The notes beneath the pieces are model-generated. The model did no database searches, was not told where the DNA came from, and saw only the letters and a program-made list of their open reading frames with translations. 64,000 bases of DNA from Flectonema sp. DT1601 (Eukaryota), in the NCBI GenBank assembly GCA_964019425.1, contig OZ025780.1, positions 992,001 to 1,056,000 of the forward strand, given 5' to 3'. This document shows positions 1 through 11,908 of the stretch, one piece after another (position 1 is the first letter of the stretch; every line of letters begins with the position of its first letter). A program made the translations under genes and the position numbers.

Positions 1-516
1 TCAAACCCAAGCGGATGGGATCCATGTTCAGGAAAGTACATGGATTGCCCAGGATGTAAATTCCATGAAAACATTATCGCACAAAACTGCTCTGCTCAGC
101 TTACTTGGTTGGAACACACAATGAAGAGTATCGATAAGAATGATTGGGTTCTAGTCATTGGACACCATGCTGCCTGGGAGATTAATGTGGCTGACTTCAC
201 AACTGTTTTACAACAATACGGATTTGACCTTTACCTAAACGGTCACACTCATGAACTAAACACATACACCATTGACGGTAAGGGAGCTTACCTTACAACT
301 GGTGCTGGTACAATGGTTGCTATCCCCGGTCATGAAGAAGAGGAAGAACATGAAGATTCACCAAGTCATTCTCTTATTCACTCACACAATTACACTTGGC
401 ATAATAAGATTGCGGGTTTCACAACTCACAAGTTCAATTCCGACTTTACTACTCTCACAACTTCATTTGTTGCGTTCAACGGGTCTACTATCAAAACACT
501 TGTTGTTAACAAATAA
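1..516 (+). CDS. Calcineurin-like metallophosphoesterase (purple/tartrate-resistant acid phosphatase type), C-terminal part; gene begins upstream of window
   Basis: Frame open from base 1; motifs WVLVIGHHA, YLNGHTH and TTGAG match the C-terminal metal-binding motifs of PAP/ACP5-like phosphatases. Confidence 0.8.
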   Translation, partial: SNPSGWDPCSGKYMDCPGCKFHENIIAQNCSAQLTWLEHTMKSIDKNDWVLVIGHHAAWEINVADFTTVLQQYGFDLYLNGHTHELNTYTIDGKGAYLTTGAGTMVAIPGHEEEEEHEDSPSHSLIHSHNYTWHNKIAGFTTHKFNSDFTTLTTSFVAFNGSTIKTLVVNK

Positions 517-1764
517 AATTGACTTTTTATGAAAGCAGTGGGAGAGAGAGAAATGAAAAGACCAACGCAACTGCCAGGAAGTCCTTTTTTTATGGCTTCT
601 GGCTCCTTATGGCAGTACCTTGGTTTTTTTTGTTTTCTCTTTTTTTTTCCCGTCATCTGAATGACTGAAAAGGAAAAAAATTTCTACCTGGAGAGCTTGT
701 TACTTGTTTTGCAATAAATAAATAAAAAATATTTCGAGTGTTTTGAATAAGGTCGACTCGACTTTTTTTTTTTTGTGTTTTTTTGTTTTTTTTGTGTGCA
801 TATTGTGGAGGGGAACAAAAAAAAAAAAAAAAAACGTTCGACTTTGTCCCATGGCTGTAGAAACTGAGCTTGCTCAAACCTCGTTTTGTAGGCCACGCAG
901 CGTACCTAAGAAGACGTCTTTACTGTACTCGATGACTGTTATATTGTAGTCTGCGAGTATTCACTCTCTTTGCTTCTTTCTCTTGGGTTTTCCTCGTGTG
1001 CTGTGAAGTACTTTTTTTTTTTTTTTTTTTTCATTCATACTTTTTCAGCTGCGGAGCGATGACGTTACCCAAGTGAGTTAGGCAGACGGAAATCCACTCT
1101 CTTTCTTCCGGTATTTAACAGACAGATCTGTTCAATTTCAATTTTTTTTTTTTTTTTATTCATTTTTATCTATTTAACCTCCGAAGTAACCGAAAAAAAC
1201 TGGAAAAGAAATAATTATTATGAAAATAGAAAAGTTTGGATAGACGAAAGACCAGGTCGGAGAAAAGATTTTTCTACCGCGGACTTAAGCATCTAACTGA
1301 AGGGAAGAAAACACAAAAAAAAAAGGAAAAAACGAAAAATATTTTCTTGGTGAATTGTCGTGTAACTTACTTTAGTATATTAGCAACGCATGGCTGGTGC
1401 CTTAGCTGGGCTTCGGCTGAAAGAGGGAAATTGCTTTCCTAAATTACGAAAGTGATGCCAAACGAAAAAAAAAAAAAAAAAAGAAAATAATAATAAATAA
1501 AAAACACACAAACCACATGACCAACCAACCATGTCTAGAGCTTATAGCACTTTCGGCCTTCTCTCTGCCGACTATTAACCGCTCCTCAGTATTGTACAAT
1601 TTCGTTGTACTCATATTCCCAGTCTCTGGGATGAATCTGACCAGCCTGTAGAGAGCAATGTAGTGGCGACTAGACATTTTGATTTCTTTTTTTTCTCTCC
1701 GTTCTTCCGATTATTTTACTTCTCTCTACTAAGTTGCATCACCACCACAAACCCAAGCACTAAG

Positions 1765-2214
1765 ATGGCCAGAGGATACGTACCAAAGGGAAGAAAGGAG
1801 GGCAAGTCCCGTTCTGACACTGCCTCGATTGAGACAACCATCCACATGCACAAGTACTTGAAGGGAAGGACATTCAAGAAAAGAGCTCCATTCGCAGCAA
1901 AGGTGGTGAGAAACGTAGCCCGTCAGGTTATGGGAACAACTGACAACAGGATTGAAGTGAGATTAAACAAAGCAATCTGGTCGAAAGGTATTAAGGGATG
2001 CCCAACTCGCATTCGTGTCAGACTAGAGAAAAAGAGAAATGAAGATGAGGATGCCAAACAGCCACTGTACACCGTATGTTAATATTGATCAATTTCCTTT
2101 TTTCAATCACCAAATACCTTATTAACTAACACACAGGTCGCCTCATTCGTCCGCCTTCCACGTGATGGATTTAAGGGACTGCAGACGAAGGTAATCAGCA
2201 CTGATGAAGAGTAA
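1765..2214 (+). CDS. RPL31: 60S ribosomal protein L31 (eL31); exons 1765-2073, 2137-2214
   Basis: TIHMHK...FKKRAP...VRLNKAIWSKGIKGCPTRIRVRL. The GT-AG intron 2074-2136 (with CTAAC) restores the C-terminus VASFVRLPRDGFKGLQTKVISTDEE*. Confidence 0.97.
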
Positions 2215-2542
2215 GGGCATTCCATTGTAGTTAGTGTGATCGCTTAATCAATATTTCTTGTTGAGTTGATATAATGTTAATCAATTTTTTTTTTAAATTT
2301 TTCTCTATTCCTCAGGTGAACGTTACTTTTCAATGTTCCTTTTTAATATTAATTAGAGGAGGTCACGAGTGTTGATGAAGTGGAAATTGTTTTCAATTGT
2401 TCGTCAAAAAACGGAATGTGTTGGGACAGCTTTATCAGTCGAAGTCGGTATCGACATACTGTTTTCGGTAATGGTCTAATTTATAGCTAATTCTTTTTTT
2501 TTTTTCCAGAACCAAGAGGAGGGTACTTCCCTTATTGTTGAA

Positions 2543-3520
2543 ATGGACGTCGACCCAAACATGGCCATCCACATGATGACGAGAGGAGGAGAGTTTTGGA
2601 AATATCATTATCGTCAGGTAGGCAGACCTAGCAGAGTGAAAGTCCAGCTTCTGGGAACGGGTGATGACAGAGCGTTGGGATGGAGAGATGTGGGAGACAG
2701 AGAGTTTGCCGCCTCCATTGCAGTCACTGATGTTACAGAAGTTCGTAAGGGTCCAGGGTCAAGAACATTCGCAGAGAATCAAGGATCAATTATCAACCCA
2801 AACATGTGTTTTACAGTCTACACAAGAGGACGTACTCTTGATCTTGAGGCTGTTCATCCTGAGGACTTGAAGATTTGGGTTTCTGGAATTCGTCATCTCG
2901 TTAACTCCGCAGGTAGACTTGCGAGGGATCCTTCTAATGACGCTAATTACACTTACATCAATTCACGTACTAAGGAAGAGTGGCTCTACGATGGAGGCAG
3001 AATGGTTCAACACCGTGAACGTGCACAAGGTCACGACAGAGGACATGGTGACATGGTTGAAGACCTTGAGAGACATTTAGATATGGCTTGCCATGCTGGT
3101 ATGCATTTTTTATTTATTGTTGTGTTTTTGTTAACATGTTTTCGTTTAAAGAAAGTAAATTCCCCAACAGATCCGCTTGACTCAATTGAAGAATGGCTTT
3201 CGATGAAGAGACAGACGACACAGGCGTTAGGACCACCACCTGAACCTCTTGATGTTGATCAGTGGTTTAAGGCTGGTCCTTATAGAAATGAGATTGCTGG
3301 TCCTTCTTCTATGCAGCATCCTCAGCAACAACAACAATGTATTCCGGCATTCCCAACACCGTCAGGAGACGGAATGGCTCCACAGCAACAACAACAAATA
3401 CAACAACAGGGTGGACCTTCAGGAAACGATTACGGTACTGGTTTTCAAGCTGGATTGCAAGCCGCTCAACAAGGTGCTGCCTACCGCCCTCCACCACCAG
3501 CTGCAGCATACGGCTATTAG
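2543..3520 (+). CDS. PH-domain protein (PLC/Mcp5-type PH) with Gln/Pro-rich tail; probable in-frame intron 3099-3170
   Basis: VTEVRKG...CFTVYTRGRTLDLEA...WVSGIRHL is a typical PLC-like PH signature. A 72-nt GTATGC..CAACAG intron explains the hydrophobic T-rich insert. Pyrimidine tract plus AG at 2491-2509. Confidence 0.75.
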   Translation: MDVDPNMAIHMMTRGGEFWKYHYRQVGRPSRVKVQLLGTGDDRALGWRDVGDREFAASIAVTDVTEVRKGPGSRTFAENQGSIINPNMCFTVYTRGRTLDLEAVHPEDLKIWVSGIRHLVNSAGRLARDPSNDANYTYINSRTKEEWLYDGGRMVQHRERAQGHDRGHGDMVEDLERHLDMACHAGMHFLFIVVFLLTCFRLKKVNSPTDPLDSIEEWLSMKRQTTQALGPPPEPLDVDQWFKAGPYRNEIAGPSSMQHPQQQQQCIPAFPTPSGDGMAPQQQQQIQQQGGPSGNDYGTGFQAGLQAAQQGAAYRPPPPAAAYGY

Positions 3521-4452
3521 AAAAATTGCTGTAGTTTTTTTGTTTATATAATACCCTTACGATTGTATTCACTACCCATTTTGATGTTATTACTTTAAGA
3601 TATCCTTTTTGTTAATGTATTCCATCGTACTGATACAGTCTGCTGAGGTCAATTTACGAATGAGCAGGTTACTGTTCAGTCGGCTGCGTGGTTAAACATG
3701 AAACCCTTTTGGAGTAGAAAGACGGAAGTTCTTCCAAAAAAAAAAAAAAAAAAAAAAAACTTTAGTAAAATCGATTCGCTCTTCCCCCCTTTCCCCCGAC
3801 GCTCCCGTTCTTGTACTCACTTATTCCGCCCCCCTTCTGCGTGCGTGCGGTGGCTGGCATAGGCTGCTGCTCAAATCCCGTTCTTACGCTTCCGTATAAA
3901 CGGCTAGACTTAAGACTATTTTCAAATAGTTGTTCCCAACGATGAGTTATTTTGCTTCGTTGAGGGGCAGAAAAGTATTTTTAAAAAAAAAAAAAAAAAC
4001 TAAACAATAGCACGTGTTCTGCCCTTTTTTTTTGGAAAAAAAAAAAAAAAAAAGGAAAGAAAGAAAGAAATTCCACCACTCCACATTACCGATAGAGATA
4101 GGTTTTTATTTTCCCCATTTTGTTCTTTTCTTGTGTCTTCCCCGTCCAGTCACATCCAGTTCTCCCACCAAATGTCCCATCTGTTGTTTCCTTTACCTGT
4201 TATAAGTTTTATTGTGGAAACCTGTTGTTTTGTTTGTGTGAGTCCGCACGTTCTCTTACAGTGAAGTAAATATAACAACAATGAAGTCTGTGAAACGTAA
4301 GCGATCTTCATCAGGACGACATTCCGACTCAGGTTTGCGCTTCAGGCGAAAATCTCTTGCTCTCTGTTGGTGTTGTTGTTTCTTATCCCCCTCATGTTTT
4401 CCCCTCTCATCTCAGTGACTTCATCTAAGAACCCACACCTTCACACCAAACA

Positions 4453-5103
4453 ATGTCCATCAAGGTTGTCTACTTTCCGATTCCGGGACGTGCTGAGTCG
4501 ATGAGACTTGCGCTCACCCTGGGAGGGATCAAGTTCGAAGACCAGAGACTGGCTGGGGAAGAATGGGGAAAGATGAAGGCGGAGGTGGCTCCAAAGCAGC
4601 TTCCGCTTTTGCATGTCGGAGACAAGGTGTTCGGACAGAGCTTGGCACAGTTGAGGTACGTGTCGAAGATTTCGAAGTTCGAAGGACGGGCGCTGTACCC
4701 GGAGGACGCTCTTCTGTCTCTGGAGGTCGACGAGTTCGTTGACATGCTGGGAGACATGTTCGCACCGATCTCTGCTTCTTACAAGATGGCGGAGGGAGCT
4801 GAGAGGGATGCTGTCCGTTCGAAGGCAGTGTCCGAGGGAGGCGACTCACACAAGTGGCTGAAGGTGTTGGACGCAAAGTTAGGGAAATCGAAGAGCGGAT
4901 ACGCAGTTGGCGACCACTTGACGATGGCTGACGTCGCTGCGTTCGCGTTTGTGCAGCCGTTGAGGTCCATAGAGGGAGTGCCGGCCACCTGTCTCGACGG
5001 TTTCAAGAACATCATGGCCCACAAGAAGAAGATTGCCAGCATTCCAGTTGTGAAGGCCTACTACGCCACACCGAAGATGCCACTGTACAAGATCTTCCAG
5101 TAG
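4453..5103 (+). CDS. Glutathione S-transferase (sigma-like class)
   Basis: YFPIPGRAESMRLAL, QLPLL, QSLAQLRYV and VGDHLTMADV motifs; 216 aa, intronless. Confidence 0.93.
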   Translation: MSIKVVYFPIPGRAESMRLALTLGGIKFEDQRLAGEEWGKMKAEVAPKQLPLLHVGDKVFGQSLAQLRYVSKISKFEGRALYPEDALLSLEVDEFVDMLGDMFAPISASYKMAEGAERDAVRSKAVSEGGDSHKWLKVLDAKLGKSKSGYAVGDHLTMADVAAFAFVQPLRSIEGVPATCLDGFKNIMAHKKKIASIPVVKAYYATPKMPLYKIFQ

Positions 5104-5644
5104 GTTGTAAGTTTAGTTGTTGTTGTGTAAAGGAGGGATCGATTGTTTCTCGTGTTCATCCTTTCTTTTAATATAATAATCCGCTTCTTCATCCATCCTT
5201 TGCACTTTTTGTCCTCTCCGAACCTGTGTGATCCAAGCAAAAGGAACGCACTTCTTTGGGAAGACAGAGTGTTTCGGATGATAGGTGATGATGATGATGT
5301 TGGGTTCAATGTGTGAGTAGTAATTCCATTTCTTTTTGTTTACGAATTGTTGTCAATTCGTTTCTTCAAACTAGTTATTTCGAGCTACATAATTTTTTAG
5401 CCGTCTTTCTGTGATCCCCATCGGAACGGAGAAATGGAAGACGGAGGAAGGTTAGCCTCCTTTCCTCTTCCTGCTCCTTCACATGGTTTTTTTTTTTTTT
5501 TTTTTTTTCATCCGACGGACTTTCTGGTCCCTCGTCGATTTCCCTCTCTTCCTTACTGACTTACTACTAGCTATAGCCAAGCAGATTGCCTTTGGTAAAC
5601 AAAAAAACAAAGAGAAGGGGGCAACGACTTAATTAGACTTTGCC

Positions 5645-5792
5645 CCGACTCAGGTTTGTGCTTCAGGCGAAATTCTCTTGCTCTCTGTTGGTGTTGTTGT
5701 TTCTTATCCCCCTCATGTTTTCCCCTCTCATCTCAGTGACTTCATCTAAGAACCCACACCTTCACACCAAACAATGTCCATCAAGGTTGTCT
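5645..5792 (+). pseudogene. Truncated duplicate of the GST 5' region (acceptor tract, 5' UTR and first ~6 codons); direct repeat of 4324-4471
   Basis: 148-nt near-identical copy (2 substitutions seen) that ends abruptly after ATGTCCATCAAGGTTGTCT. Confidence 0.9.
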
Positions 5793-5948
5793 CGTCGACT
5801 CTAAAGTTTTTATATAATAACTATTTCGCCTTGCCTCTTGTTTTTTATTCATTGCAAACATATTGTGCAGATATACCCTCGAATTAATTAACTTGTTGTT
5901 TGTAATTTTAAATAGGATACACAAAATAATTACAATACATGTTATATA

Positions 5949-8900
5949 ATGGTTGTGAGTGACCGAATTAAAAGATTACCAACGAGGGTACCAACAACTG
6001 GAAGATTATCGTCGCAGTTTGTATCTCCACCGAGGAATGCACAGCGAAGTAGATCAACGAGGTCGGGTAGTAAAAGAATGACGACTGTGGGGATGTCATC
6101 AAATGATAGTGAGATGACTACGAGAGAGATAATGCAGCAATTACAGAGTCACTATGAACCTCTTGAGAGAAATATTAGTTCTCCGAGGACTCCGCCATCA
6201 GTTGCTGTTGGGTCAGGACGTCATAATCGTAATCATGATGCTGCTCTGATGCGACTCGAAGCTGCTGAGAACGAACTCTCAGAAATCATGGCATCGAGAA
6301 GTGGTCGAAGTAAAGTAGCCACCCCAAAAGGATTATCAGCTTCCAAACGACTTGCTGCTGCCAAATCAGCTTTAGAAGAACTTCGTTCTGCCAACCTTGC
6401 AGTTGTCGATTTCGTGGAATCCGGTGCGGCACCTCCTTCACACAATCCTTCTCTCGGAAAACTGTTGCAGCAAAAGGCCTCTGCGAGGGTTCAGTCTCGT
6501 CAGCAGCAATACAATGCTACCAGGTCACCTTCTCCACAAAAATCAAAACCTGAAAGTACCACACACGCTGACCTGAGAAAGCGTAACACAGACGGTAAGA
6601 AACTTCACTACAACACACATGATGATAAATACCACTCCGAGTACTACGGAGAACATGTTAGTTATCAAAGTTATGATGACAATCAATATAAACCTGTTGA
6701 TAATTACAAAAGGTCTGGTGTTGATTCATCTCTTCAGATTCAATCTGAAGAGGGATATGGAGAACATTCATTAATAAGTAATACTTTGGAAACACCTGAT
6801 GGTCGTCAAGCTGCTGATATTCGCAGAAGGGAATATCGAACCCAACGAAGAACGCAAGACGAAGTTCCATCTGCTGTTGAACAGGTGGCGTTTCTTCAGA
6901 GAGAATTGAGTACACGAGATGATGAGAACCATCAACTTCAGGATAAACACGATCACCTCCTCTGTCAAGTATCATCTCTCGAAGAACAACTCAACGATTC
7001 ATTAAGAATCAATCAAACGAACACCTCAACCGTATCGAAACAATTATTTCAGTCTAAACTAAATCAAGTTGAGTCTCTTGAGAAGGAATTAGTCGTCTTG
7101 CAATCAAAACAGAAAGAGGACAACACTCCACAAGAAGAGTTCTCATCGGCACTTGAGCAGATAAAATCCTTGCAAACAGAACTTAGTAAACAACTAACAA
7201 CCATCACATCACTTGAAAAAGAGTTGTCTTTCAGGGATGAGGAAATTACTCTTCTGAAGTCAGAACAGAGACAGGAAAGTGTTTCGCAAGAGGAGTTCTC
7301 ATCGGCGCTTGAGAAAATAGAATCCTTGAGAACAGAACTGAGCAGCAAAATAACAACCGTTACGTCTCTTGAAAAAGAATTGTCTTCAAAGGATGAGGAA
7401 ATAACTATTCTGCGAACAGAACAAAGACATGCCGACACTTCTCAAGAAGAACTGTCGGCTGCACTTGAAGAAATAAAAACTCTTCGGAGGGAACTCGAGA
7501 TAGAGAGAAATAAAACCAAATCCCTCGAACAACAACTAACCTCTCTGAAGTCACAAGAGGAATACCAAACAGTCTGCGACAAATCAGCTTTACTCCAGCA
7601 AGAGTTATCTTTAGTTGGTGAACAACTAAACAAAACTAGACAAGAAAACCAAAAAATGCAAACCGACGACAAGACACCAGAGCTAATAGAAGTAATTGAC
7701 CAACTCCGACTTGAGCTCAATGCCGCAGATGATAAAGGAATATTTCTTTCAAACGAATTGGACAATGCGAGAAAGAATGCCGAGTCTCTTCGATCAGCTT
7801 TAATAGAAACAAATGAAGAAACAAACGTAAAGTTAATCGAAGCAGAAGCGAATGGATACCTTCGAGGAGAACAAAAAGCTGAAACGTTAGTTAAAATCGA
7901 AAAATCAGAAATTGCAAATCTTCAAAAACAGCTTTTTGAATACAAAAACATTGAAAGTGAAAACACGGCTCTCAAACAGCAGGTTTCGAAAACCAATTTG
8001 GAACTAATTTCTCGAAACGAAAATGCAAACGCCTCTGCGGCTATGGCCGAGCAGTCCGTAGCAAAGCTTCAATCTCGACTGGTTGCTGCAGAGCAAGAGT
8101 TGGTCGTCCTCTCTTCAGATGCCGCTCTCAGCAACACTCGAATTGAAACACTTCAACATCAACTAACTGAAGCAGAGGATATCGTAAACACGTCAGATGA
8201 GATAGAGAAATTAGTTTGTACCTTCTTTAGTTTAAAAAAGTGATTATTTTTTTTTTTTTGTAATAAAATAAACAAACAAAACCAACCAGCGCAACAAAGA
8301 GTTCGAAGACCTATCCAAATCTCTTGAAAAGCTACGCTCTGAACTAACTGAAGTATGTACACACCGAGAGAGTTATTAATTATACTTGAGATCCATGAGA
8401 ATGACCCTAACAATCCAACACACAGAAAACTAATGAGTACATGAATATGCAGAGTCTGCTTCGTTCATCATCAACGACACAGTCAGAACAAGACGCTAAG
8501 GCGAGTAAGGTATGCTTATCGTTTATTAACCCTTACACCACCGTAAGAACCCCCAAAACGACGGGTCCAAAATTTTACTGTTTTTTCAAAAAGAGAAAAG
8601 GTACCCCCCCAGAAAACCTATGTACCAAACCGGACACAACTACTCCTACGGGTCAATAGCACCTGTCACTCACACACCTAACGGTGCGTACCTTGGTACG
8701 TTGTTGCACATTCAGCAGAACTAACAAAGTCGGCAGTGTCGCAATAACGTACTCAACGGTTTCCATTCATAGAAGCTGCATGTTATTCCCTTCCCGTATT
8801 TTGAAAGGGATGATGTTTCTGCGCAACATCATGTCAGAGGGAGCCCAAGTAAAGAGAATGCCAAATCACGGCCGATATTAAATCGAAAAATCAGATTTTT

Positions 8901-11608
8901 TCCCTGTTTTTTTGAGCTTGTAAAAGCCCTCTGTGGTCGCGGAAAATACACAAACAACCCGCATCATGGCACAGCAGGTTCAGACACACAGGAGGATTAC
9001 CGCATCGGGGTTGATAAGCTCGAAAAATACAAATAACATCGATCCCAGATCATGGAACTTCATTAGTAACAGTGCAGCTACTTAGATCAGACCTGTTGGG
9101 CTGGATCTATAAACTTCCACCTCTTTACCCCACCAGCCTGGCATACTGGATTTTGGGAAGTTGGCGGTTTAGGAACATCACAAGGAATTTTGTAGTTTTG
9201 GAGAATGTGATACCTTTTGAAATATGGGTAAGCACAAAGCGCTTGGTTGCATCGCTCACAGTAATCTAGTGATTGTGCGCGCTTTGCGCGAACTGCACAC
9301 TGACGAGCCTTTTCCATCTTTCCGGGATAGTGTCCCAAAGCTGGCTTGAGGCGATCAGGGATTGATACTGATTGTGGAGAGGGCGGTACTGATGGTGTTA
9401 TTAATAGTGTTGGTGCCGCTCTGGTACGTTTAAATGTACCTAAGCTGCCCAAAACAAAGCCAATTTGAAGGATAAGAATCTCTTGCTTCTCCAGCCAGAT
9501 TCACTACTATCCGTCCAAATTCCACCATGCCCACGTCGCATCAGGATAAAGGAATTCAAAATACACGTCTCCACTTCGGATCCTCATGCTCGGGAGCAGG
9601 TAATATCGCAGAGAAGTGTAAGTTCCTCAGTATTTCGGCAAAGCGATTACGTGAAAACACTTGCGGAAAGAACAACAGGGGGGTCAACAGCATGTCATTC
9701 AAACCCCAGGAATCCCCCAGGTTAGATTTTATTGGGAGGCGCGTCAGTAGTGTTGTGCCAACAAAGGCCCTTCGCTCCTGCGTACCGGTTTTAAATTTTC
9801 TTCCCCTCTGTGAGGCATAGACCTCAGAGTTTTTCTTCATCAGCTGGAAAACTGACTATCTGAAGAAAAGCTCAAAAACCTGCAGCTCCGACTTGCGTGC
9901 AACTCTAATCTTTAACGTTTCTTGGAAACGCGTTTTTATTCTTGGTAACCCTTGTTACCTCCCCTCCCCATTTGGAGTCAGATACTTCGTCAAGTGACGA
10001 ATCGGAGCACACCGACGATGGATTAACAAATACTGTTGCATCCTCATCAGAACTGTGGACCGACATATTTCCCAAGTTGATTTTGGCCAGCTTTAGCAAA
10101 TGGAAAATTTACCATTTAATAAAAACTATTGCGGCGCAACACGTAAGGAACATAAAAGACATCGCAATAATACCTCTCCCGTGAAATCGTTGTACTCAGA
10201 AATGCAAAATTTTCACTTAGCAAAAAAAAATTTTTTTTTCAGACTGATATATCAGCTCCGGTGGTGTAAGGGTTAATAAATTTTACTTCATTAACATCGA
10301 ATTAAACCTTTACAGTTGATTACTGATTTACAACAACAACTGGTGGTCGAATCAGAGACCTGCAGTGCCCTGGTATGTTTCTTTATTTATTTTCTGGTTG
10401 AAGAAAGTTATTACTGACAGCAAACAACAATTACAACACAGCAACAGAAGTCAGATGAACTCTCTAACAAGTGTGATGAGTTGCAACATCAAAATAAACA
10501 TTACGAAGAAGTCGTTAAGAGTGTCACTGAGAGGTACGATGCTGTGAGGGATCAAGAGGGTGAACTTACAAATCTTCGCGACAACTGTGAACGTTTGATT
10601 AGAGAAAATGAATTTCAAGCAGAAAGAATTGAGGAAAAAGATAAAGAACTTGGTGAACTGGAGAAGACTATTGCGATTGAAAAACAACAAGTCGACGATT
10701 ATCAAAAACAATCTTCGCGATTGTCGTTGGAATTACAACAACAGAAAAGTAAAAACGACTCATCCGACACGCAGGACTCATTAGTCTTATCACCAGTCTC
10801 TCTTACTGTCCCTGAAGGGTATATAACTGGTGGAGATAGTAAGAAACGTCGACCAGCAAGTGGTGTTCAATTCCTTGACAACTACATTCAGCCTCCAGAC
10901 GATAGTGAGATGCCTCAGATTTGGTCACCAGTGAGGTCCTCAGTGGTAACTGGTCTTCAAAATGTGAAATTATCACGTCGTTCATCAGGTTGTTCACTCG
11001 ATTTGCGACCAACTTCATTTAGTGGAGGTGACTTGTTTGTTGATAAGAGATTCTCAGGTAGTCCTCTAGACAGTTGGATACCACAGAGTCTACCACTTCT
11101 GATAGAAAATAAAACAAACAATCGACTAAGTAATGAAATGTCAGCACACGTTGCTGCTGATGAGTCAGGCCCTAGTAATGCAGCACCGTCTCCTGAGGGT
11201 CTTTCAAGAGACTTCTTTGGACAAGAAGCAGTGCTATTACAACAACGGGATTCACCTATTAGTGATCTTGATAGATCTGTTGAGGGTGAAGGAATATTCC
11301 CTGGTGGTACCGTTCATTCTATTTTGCAAGAGGCTTCAGCAGATTGCGTCGCTCAGCTGTCAGATATCACACATTCATTTTCATCTCTCGACGCCATCAG
11401 AGATGAGTTCACTTCAACAAGAGATCTGTTGCAACAACAAAATGCACTCGACTCAACAACAACAGCAGCCGTTGAAGAGTTAGAAGATATTTATACAAAA
11501 CTAAGGGAAGCACTCCTTCATTACAGAATGGATTTCGAAGGAAAACAAAACGAAATCAGCGATATGATGGAAGCCGTTACCGAGCAAGAAGGCTCACAGT
11601 ACCTTTAA
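5949..11608 (+). CDS. Large coiled-coil protein; exons 5949-8213, 8290-8352, 8426-8509, 10316-10372, 10442-11608
   Basis: Heptad-rich E/Q/K/L sequence. Four phase-0 GT-AG introns join the ORFs in frame. Contains a ~52-aa internal repeat (QEEFSSALE..., period 156 nt at 7131/7287/7443). Confidence 0.75.
8530..10272 (-). mobile_element. Non-autonomous, internally deleted piggyBac DNA transposon inserted in intron 8510-10315
   Basis: TTAA target duplication at 8526-8529 and 10273-10276; perfect 14-bp TIR CCCTTACACCACCG / CGGTGGTGTAAGGG; transposase remnants on the - strand. Confidence 0.95.
9087..10099 (-). pseudogene. piggyBac transposase remnant (N-terminal part plus C-terminal cysteine-rich domain; DDD core missing)
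   Basis: Acidic N-terminus; RAFVG...FSRNRFAEILRNLHF (PGBD MSRNRF..IL..LHF motif); C-terminal GHYP...RQCAV...YCERCNQALCAYPYFKRYH resembles the CRD; stops and frameshifts present. Confidence 0.9.
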
Positions 11609-11908
11609 TGGAAACGGTCTACAGGTAAATTCTGTGTGACGGTTTCGATTTTTTATTTTTATTATTTTTCCATACTTTAGATTGTAGCTACAAAATACAC
11701 CACTTGTTGGTCTGCTCATCCACGTTATTGTCACTGTCCCCTCAATGAGTGCTATTAACAGTGAGCAGGCTACTAGATTTACATACCGCTGTTTGTGATG
11801 GCATCTGGTCGACGAAGTAAAAACATAAATCACTTTTTTTTACAGTTGATGACAATAATGAACCGGAAGTAAAAAAATAAACAAATCTTTTTAACAGGAG
11901 GCAGTTAA

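Noticed and set aside
1540..1600. Hammerhead ribozyme on the - strand (CTGAGGA...CGAAA)
   Set aside because: Stems I and III cannot be formed around a UH cleavage site.
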